Assembly: GCA_905209725.1 (NCBI GenBank)
Contig: CAJLTZ010000001.1
Coordinates: 53 to 64,052, forward strand
DNA from: an uncultured Muribaculaceae bacterium
GTDB taxonomy: Bacteria; Bacteroidota; Bacteroidia; Bacteroidales; Muribaculaceae
Length of the DNA stretch: 64,000 nucleotides
Direction: 5' to 3'
Shown here: in pieces, positions 58,398 to 64,000 of the stretch
How positions within the stretch are numbered: the stretch's first letter is position 1
How the letters are laid out: each line of letters begins with the position of its first letter
The notes under the pieces: generated by a model
What the model was told of the DNA's origin: nothing
The model's database searches: none
What the model saw: the letters and a program-made list of their open reading frames with translations, nothing else
Program-made: the position numbers and the translations under genes

Positions 58398-59735
58398 ATG
58401 GGATTTACAAAAACAATTAAAAATATCTGGAGCATCGATGATCTCCGCAAGCGCATCGGCATCACCCTGCTGCTTGTGATCATCTATCGCTTCGGATGCT
58501 ATGTGGTCTTGCCGGGTATCAACCCCGACGAGCTGCTCGCACTGAAGAATTTCACTGCCGACGGTCTTATGCAGCTGCTCGATATGTTCTCGGGCGGCGC
58601 CTTCTCGCAGGCTTCCATCTTTGCGCTCGGCATCATGCCCTACATCACGGCTTCCATCGTGATCCAGCTTCTCGGCATGGTGCTCCCCGCTTTCCAGAAG
58701 ATGCAGCGCGAAGGGGAGAGCGGACGTATGAAGCTCAACCAATATACCCGTTATCTCACAGTGCTTATTCTCGTGCTGCAGGGTCCGGCTTATCTGATGA
58801 ATCTCAAGTATCAGGTTCAGGCAGCCGGCGGCCACGTGGAATTAGGTTTCTGGACTATTGTGTTCATGACGATTGTGCTCGCCGCCGGCTCCATGTTCAT
58901 CATGTGGCTAGGCGAGAGAATCGACCAGAAGGGAGTCGGCAACGGCATCTCGTTCATCATTCTTATCGGTATCATCGCCCGTCTGCCTGAGGCTTTCGTG
59001 CAGGAGTTCACTGGTCGTCTGATGAATTCTGAGGGCGGCGGTCTCGTGCTTTTCCTTATTGAGATCGTGATTCTGCTGGCTGTGATTGCTGGTGCTGTGC
59101 TGCTCGTGCAGGGCACTCGCAACGTGCCTATCCAGTATGCCCAGAAGGTGGTTGGCAACAAGCAGTATGGCGGTGCCCGCAAGTTCATTCCCCTCAAGGT
59201 GAATGCTGCAGGCGTTATGCCTATCATCTTCGCTCAGGCCATCATGTTCATCCCTGTCACCCTCGTGGGCTTCTCCACAAATCAGACTGGCTTCGTGGGT
59301 GCGCTAACCGACATGTATGGCTTCTGGTACAATGCGATCTATTTCATCATGATTGTGGCGTTCACATATTTCTATACAGCCATCACCGTGCGTCCCGCAC
59401 AGATGGCCGAGGACCTCAAACGCAACAACGGATTTATCGCCGGTGTGAAGCCGGGCAAGCCCACGGTTGACTATCTCGACTCCATCATGTCGAGAATCAC
59501 GCTTCCGGGTTCGATATTCCTGGGCATCGTGGCCATTCTTCCGGCCATCGCCCACGTGTGTGGTCTGAATAGAAGTTTCGCCTCATTCTTCGGCGGCACA
59601 TCGCTGCTGATTCTCGTGGGTGTGATCCTTGACACGCTCCGCATTGTGGAGGGTCATCTTCTGATGCACCGTTACGACGGACTGATGAAGGGCGGCCGCA
59701 TCAAGGGACGCGCCTCCGGCAACAGTGCATTCTAA
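58398..59735 (+). CDS. secY: preprotein translocase subunit SecY
   Basis: 445 aa, 10 TM helices, conserved position. Confidence 0.96.
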   Translation: MGFTKTIKNIWSIDDLRKRIGITLLLVIIYRFGCYVVLPGINPDELLALKNFTADGLMQLLDMFSGGAFSQASIFALGIMPYITASIVIQLLGMVLPAFQKMQREGESGRMKLNQYTRYLTVLILVLQGPAYLMNLKYQVQAAGGHVELGFWTIVFMTIVLAAGSMFIMWLGERIDQKGVGNGISFIILIGIIARLPEAFVQEFTGRLMNSEGGGLVLFLIEIVILLAVIAGAVLLVQGTRNVPIQYAQKVVGNKQYGGARKFIPLKVNAAGVMPIIFAQAIMFIPVTLVGFSTNQTGFVGALTDMYGFWYNAIYFIMIVAFTYFYTAITVRPAQMAEDLKRNNGFIAGVKPGKPTVDYLDSIMSRITLPGSIFLGIVAILPAIAHVCGLNRSFASFFGGTSLLILVGVILDTLRIVEGHLLMHRYDGLMKGGRIKGRASGNSAF

Positions 59736-59749
59736 GCATACGTCATCAA

Positions 59750-60538
59750 ATGATTTATATCAAGACATCCGAAGAGATCGAACTCATGCGCGCGGCAGCC
59801 GACCTGGTGAGCCGCACGCTCGGTGAGGTGGCCCGCTGGGTCACTCCCGGAGTCACGACTCGTCGCCTCGACACCATAGCAAGGGAGTTTATCCTCGACA
59901 ACGGGGGTAAGCCCGCTTGCCTTGGCTATGAGGGATTCCCCGGCACGCTCTGCATCGAGGTCAACGAGACCGTGGTGCATGGCTTCCCCTCGCAGTATGT
60001 GCTTCGCGAGGGCGACATCGTGGGCTGCGACACAGTGGCCGAACTCAACGGCTTCAACGGCGACAGCTGCTACACATTCCAGGTGGGCGAGATTCCCGAG
60101 CAGACGGCATCGTTCCTGAGCACGGTGAAGGAATCGCTCTATGTGGGCATCGAGGCTGCAAAGGCCGGCAAGAGGGTAGGCGACATCTCCAATGCAGTGC
60201 AGCGGTACTGCGAGCAGCGCAATTTCAGCGTGGTGCGCGAGATGTGTGGCCACGGCATTGGCCGCGACATGCACGAAGAGCCCGACGTGCCCAACTACGG
60301 ACGCCGCGGTTGCGGCCCCGTGTTGCGCCCAGGCATGTGCATCTGCATCGAGCCTATGATCAATGTGGGAAGCAAGAACATCGTGATCGAACGCAATGGC
60401 TGGGAGTGCCGCACGCGCGACCGCAAGCCATCCGCACATTTCGAACACACTATCCTCATCACGGAGGATGAGCCCGAAGTGCTCACCACTTTCCGCTACA
60501 TCGAGGAGGTGCGCAAAGAGATGGGATATAAATTTTAA
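59750..60538 (+). CDS. map: type I methionine aminopeptidase
   Basis: 262 aa pita-bread fold with conserved metal-binding residues. Confidence 0.95.
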   Translation: MIYIKTSEEIELMRAAADLVSRTLGEVARWVTPGVTTRRLDTIAREFILDNGGKPACLGYEGFPGTLCIEVNETVVHGFPSQYVLREGDIVGCDTVAELNGFNGDSCYTFQVGEIPEQTASFLSTVKESLYVGIEAAKAGKRVGDISNAVQRYCEQRNFSVVREMCGHGIGRDMHEEPDVPNYGRRGCGPVLRPGMCICIEPMINVGSKNIVIERNGWECRTRDRKPSAHFEHTILITEDEPEVLTTFRYIEEVRKEMGYKF

Positions 60539-60557
60539 CGACGCATAAATAGATACA

Positions 60558-60776
60558 ATGGCAAAACAAGCAGCTATAGAGATCGACGGAGTGATTCTCG
60601 AGGCCCTATCGAACGCAATGTTCAAGGTGCAGCTCGAGAACGGGCATGAAATCACGGCCCATATCTCCGGCAAGATGAGAATGCACTATATAAAGATTCT
60701 TCCCGGCGACAAGGTGAAGGTGGAGATGAGTCCATACGACCTGAGCAAGGGGCGGATCTCATTCCGTTACAAATAA
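60558..60776 (+). CDS. infA: translation initiation factor IF-1
   Basis: 72 aa S1-like OB fold. Confidence 0.95.
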   Translation: MAKQAAIEIDGVILEALSNAMFKVQLENGHEITAHISGKMRMHYIKILPGDKVKVEMSPYDLSKGRISFRYK

Positions 60777-60790
60777 AAACGAAACTCGAT

Positions 60791-60907
60791 ATGAAAGTCA
60801 GAGCATCTGTAAAAAAACGCACTCCCGACAGCAAGATTGTACGCCGCAAAGGGAGACTCTACGTGATTAACAAAAAGAACCCGAAATTTAAACTCCGTCA
60901 GGGATAA
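60791..60907 (+). CDS. rpmJ: 50S ribosomal protein L36
   Basis: 38 aa [38 protein letters not shown], found by hand. Confidence 0.9.
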   Translation: MKVRASVKKRTPDSKIVRRKGRLYVINKKNPKFKLRQG

Positions 60908-60926
60908 TCAGGGTTCAGTGCCGGAG

Positions 60927-60949
60927 CGGGGGGCTAAAAAGTGCCCCCG
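60927..60949 (+). terminator. weak terminator/attenuator-like hairpin (GGGGGC/GCCCCC) after rpmJ
   Basis: cggggggctaaaaagtgcccccg. It is not followed immediately by a U-tract, so partial termination at most. Confidence 0.25.
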
Positions 60950-60995
60950 ATAGTAAAAAAAAGTTATAACTTTTTTCTATTCGGCACTTTATGAT

Positions 60996-61003
60996 TATCT
61001 TTG
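60996..61003 (+). promoter_or_regulatory. internal -7 box TATCTTTG upstream of rpsM (alpha-operon promoter candidate)
   Basis: tgatTATCTTTGcac, about 25 nt upstream of the rpsM ATG. The -33 element is poor. Confidence 0.35.
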
Positions 61004-61025
61004 CACAAAATTTGTAAGTGAACAT

Positions 61026-61406
61026 ATGGCAGTAAGAATTGTCGGCGTAGATTTGCCGCAAAATAAGAGAGGTGAGATAGCGTTAACCTATATCTACGGT
61101 ATCGGCCGCAGCGCAGCCAAATCGATACTTGAGAAGGCTGGCGTTGACAAGGATATCAAGGTAAAGGACTGGAGCGACTCGCAGGCAGCCGCCGTTCGCG
61201 AGGTGATTCAGCGCGATTACAAGGTGGAGGGTGATCTCCGCACAGAGGTACAGCTCAATATCAAGCGTCTGATGGATATTGGCTGCTATCGCGGTATCCG
61301 TCACCGTATCGGACTTCCCGTGCGCGGACAGAGCACAAAGAACAACGCCCGTACACGTAAGGGCCGCAAGAAAACAGTGGCCAACAAGAAGAAAGCTACA
61401 AAATAA
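61026..61406 (+). CDS. rpsM: 30S ribosomal protein S13
   Basis: [11 protein letters not shown] signature. Confidence 0.96.
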   Translation: MAVRIVGVDLPQNKRGEIALTYIYGIGRSAAKSILEKAGVDKDIKVKDWSDSQAAAVREVIQRDYKVEGDLRTEVQLNIKRLMDIGCYRGIRHRIGLPVRGQSTKNNARTRKGRKKTVANKKKATK

Positions 61407-61421
61407 CATAGTAAAAGCAAT

Positions 61422-61811
61422 ATGGCAAAAAAGACAGTCGCAGCAAAAAAGAGGAATGTCAAGGTTGACGCCAATGGTCAGCTTCATGTGCATAGCTCTT
61501 TCAACAACATCATTGTGTGTCTTGCCAACAGCCAGGGCCAGGTGATATCCTGGAGTTCGGCCGGCAAGATGGGCTTTAGAGGCTCTAAGAAGAACACACC
61601 CTATGCAGCCCAGATGGCAGCACAGGACTGTGCGAAGGTGGCTTATGATCTCGGACTCCGCAAGGTGAAAGCCTATGTGAAGGGACCGGGTAACGGCCGT
61701 GAGGCCGCCATCAGATTCGTGCACCAGGCAGGAATCGAGGTCACCGAGATTGTCGACGTCACTCCGCTTCCCCACAACGGATGCCGTCCTCCCAAGAGAA
61801 GAAGAGTCTAA
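61422..61811 (+). CDS. rpsK: 30S ribosomal protein S11
   Basis: 129 aa in conserved position. Confidence 0.96.
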   Translation: MAKKTVAAKKRNVKVDANGQLHVHSSFNNIIVCLANSQGQVISWSSAGKMGFRGSKKNTPYAAQMAAQDCAKVAYDLGLRKVKAYVKGPGNGREAAIRFVHQAGIEVTEIVDVTPLPHNGCRPPKRRRV

Positions 61812-61955
61812 ACGGAAGAATTCATATAGAAACATTCCAGCAAAAAGTCCGGCCAGTCATGCCCTGAATGCGAATAGACCGTCACATACACTTTCTCTCG
61901 ACGGTCGCGGCTGCGCTAAGGGGCAGGCTCATGGATGAGCTAAAAAGAAAAAATA

Positions 61956-62561
61956 ATGGCAAGATACACAGGACCCAAAACAAAAATCGCCCGTAAATTC
62001 GGCGAGCCAATATTTGGCGACGATAAAGTTCTCGCAAAGAAGAACTATCCCCCGGGCCAGCATGGTCAGAACCGCCGCAGAAAGCAGTCGGAGTATGGCC
62101 TGCAGCTCCGCGAGAAGCAGAAAGCCAAATATACCTACGGTGTGTTGGAACGCCAGTTCCGCAATCTCTTCGAGAAGGCCGAGCGTTCGAAAGGCATCAC
62201 CGGTGAGGTGCTTCTCCAGCTTCTGGAAAGCCGCCTCGACAATATAGTATATCGTCTCGGACTCGCTGCCTCTCGTCCGGCAGCCCGTCAGCTCGTGCTC
62301 CACAAGCACATCTGCGTTAATGGCAAGACTGTGAACATCCCCTCATATCGCGTTATGCCCGGCGACGTTGTCACCGTGCGCGAAAAGTCCAAGAGCCTTG
62401 AGGTGATTGCTGACTGCCTTACCGGCTTCAACCACAGCAGATATCCCTGGATTGAATGGGATGAGAGCATCAAGGGCGGAAAATATCTTCACCTCCCACA
62501 GCGCGAGGATATTCCCGAGACTATCAAGGAGCAGCTCATCGTCGAGCTCTATTCTAAATAA
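61956..62561 (+). CDS. rpsD: 30S ribosomal protein S4
   Basis: [16 protein letters not shown] signature. Confidence 0.96.
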   Translation: MARYTGPKTKIARKFGEPIFGDDKVLAKKNYPPGQHGQNRRRKQSEYGLQLREKQKAKYTYGVLERQFRNLFEKAERSKGITGEVLLQLLESRLDNIVYRLGLAASRPAARQLVLHKHICVNGKTVNIPSYRVMPGDVVTVREKSKSLEVIADCLTGFNHSRYPWIEWDESIKGGKYLHLPQREDIPETIKEQLIVELYSK

Positions 62562-62578
62562 TAAATTGTAAGATACCC

Positions 62579-63577
62579 ATGCCAATATTAACATTTCAGA
62601 AACCCGACAAGGTGGTGATGCTTGAGGATGGCAACTCTTTCGGCAAGTTTGAGTTCCGCCCCCTTGAGCCCGGATACGGCCAGACCATCGGCAATGCGCT
62701 TCGCAGGATTCTGCTCGGATCGCTTGGCGGATTCGCCATCAATTCCATCAGAATCAACGGCGTGGCCCACGAACTGGACACCATTCCCGGCGTGAAGCAG
62801 GATGTGACAAACATCATTCTCAATCTCAAGCAGATCCGCTTCAAGCAGCTCACTGAAGATCATGTGGCCGAGAAAGCCACGGTGAAGGTGTCGGGCACAG
62901 ATGTGTTTACGGCTGGCGACTTGGGTAAAGTGCTCTCCGGATTCCAAGTGCTGAACCCGGAGTTGGTAATCTGCGAGCTTGACCCCAAGCAGGGATTCGA
63001 ACTCGAATATTCAATCAATAAGGGTCGCGGTTGGGTGCCCGCGGATGAAAACCGCGAGATGCTCGCCGGCGCCGACCCCAATGTGATTGCCATCGACTCG
63101 ATTTATACTCCGATCAAAAACGTTAAATATAGCGTGGAGAATTTCCGTGTCGAGCAGAAAACCGACTATGAGAAGCTTATAATCGAAGTCACCACCGACG
63201 GCTCCATCAAGCCTAAGGATGCTCTCAAGGAGGCTGCCACGATTCTTATCCAGCACTTCGCGATGTTCTCCGACGAGAAAATCGCCCTGGAGGCTCCCCA
63301 GCAGGACACTCCCGATGAGTTTGACGAGGAGGTGCTCAAGATGCGTCAGCTTCTCAAGAGCAAGCTTGTCGACATGGATCTTTCGGTCCGCGCCCTCAAC
63401 TGCCTCAAAAGCGCCGAGGTCGAAACGCTTGGTGAGCTTGTGGTCCTCAATAAGAACGACCTGCTCAAATTCAGGAACTTCGGAAAGAAGTCGCTCTCTG
63501 AGCTCGATGAACTCCTCGAGAAGCTCAACCTTTCCTTTGGAATGGATATTTCGAAATATAAATTAGACAAAGAATAA
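62579..63577 (+). CDS. rpoA: DNA-directed RNA polymerase subunit alpha
   Basis: 332 aa with N-terminal domain and C-terminal domain. Confidence 0.96.
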   Translation: MPILTFQKPDKVVMLEDGNSFGKFEFRPLEPGYGQTIGNALRRILLGSLGGFAINSIRINGVAHELDTIPGVKQDVTNIILNLKQIRFKQLTEDHVAEKATVKVSGTDVFTAGDLGKVLSGFQVLNPELVICELDPKQGFELEYSINKGRGWVPADENREMLAGADPNVIAIDSIYTPIKNVKYSVENFRVEQKTDYEKLIIEVTTDGSIKPKDALKEAATILIQHFAMFSDEKIALEAPQQDTPDEFDEEVLKMRQLLKSKLVDMDLSVRALNCLKSAEVETLGELVVLNKNDLLKFRNFGKKSLSELDELLEKLNLSFGMDISKYKLDKE

Positions 63578-63583
63578 ACCGAC

Positions 63584-64000
63584 ATGAGACATAATAAGAA
63601 ATTCAATCACCTTAGCCGTAAGAAGGGTCATCGCGAGGCGCTCCTCTCGAATATGGCCGCCTCTCTTATCATGCATAAGAGAATCTTTACGACACTGGCT
63701 AAGGCCAAAGCTCTTAGAGTTTATGCCGAGCCGCTGATCACTCGTTCCAAGAAGGATGAGACCATCAACCGTCGCGTTGTGTTCAGCTATCTGCAGAACA
63801 AAGAGGCTGTGAAGGAGCTTTTCGGCGTGATTGCCGAGAAGGTGGCCGACCGTCCCGGTGGCTATCTCCGCATCCTTAAGACCACACGCCGCGTGGGCGA
63901 TAACGCCGAGATGGCAATGATCGAGTTTGTTGACTTCAACGAGGCTGCTCTCGAGTCAACAGAGAAGAAGACAAAACGCACTCGTCGTAGCCGTGGCAAG
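63584..64000 (+). CDS. rplQ: 50S ribosomal protein L17 (3' end truncated by the window edge)
   Basis: [17 protein letters not shown] signature. The ORF runs off the end of the window. Confidence 0.9.
   Translation, partial: MRHNKKFNHLSRKKGHREALLSNMAASLIMHKRIFTTLAKAKALRVYAEPLITRSKKDETINRRVVFSYLQNKEAVKELFGVIAEKVADRPGGYLRILKTTRRVGDNAEMAMIEFVDFNEAALESTEKKTKRTRRSRGK

Overview
This 64 kb window looks like a chromosomal segment from a Bacteroidota, probably order Bacteroidales. Supporting signs are about 55-58% GC, many sigma-A -7 motifs of the Bacteroides TAnnTTTG type (often with a -33 TTTG), no Shine-Dalgarno sites, two T9SS C-terminal sorting domains, and the conserved uppS-bamA-skp-skp-murI locus. 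Almost everything is core metabolism. Content from left to right on the minus strand: an AAA+/DUF4143 ATPase; a truncated PD-(D/E)XK/AAA-ATPase-like gene remnant; the operon GT2 glycosyltransferase-trmB-mrp/apbC; an LRR (BspA-like) T9SS cargo protein; an rdgB/HAM1 reading frame that continues in-frame, with no stop codon, into a signal-peptide-like segment and a Reg_prop-like beta-propeller T9SS cargo protein; ugd; a repeat-rich (EEPRR) bitopic membrane protein; and rpoN preceded by tRNA-Leu(TAA) with its own terminator. Then come murI-skp-skp-bamA-uppS, a DUF6089 beta-barrel protein and a lipoprotein. Next is a remarkable ten-gene, single-strand purine supercluster, transcribed in the order purE-purL-purM-purH-purD-folD-purB-purA-guaB-guaA. 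After that sits a 2.4 kb AT-rich islet carrying a C10 (streptopain-like) cysteine peptidase lipoprotein and a secreted partner ORF, flanked by ~65 bp direct repeats and a 134 bp perfect-armed palindrome. Finally there is a MATE transporter and, on the plus strand, the complete str-S10-spc-alpha ribosomal superoperon from rpsL to rplQ (partial at the window edge). Plus-strand accessory genes are a GH3-family enzyme, an orphan 144 aa ORF with its own promoter, a CMD-cupin fusion and a Dabb protein. No CRISPR array, rRNA or obvious IS element is present. The most unusual items are the RdgB/T9SS-cargo fusion, the repeat-flanked C10 protease islet with its palindrome, the purine supercluster, and a recurring AATTCAAAATTCAAAATT spacer motif.
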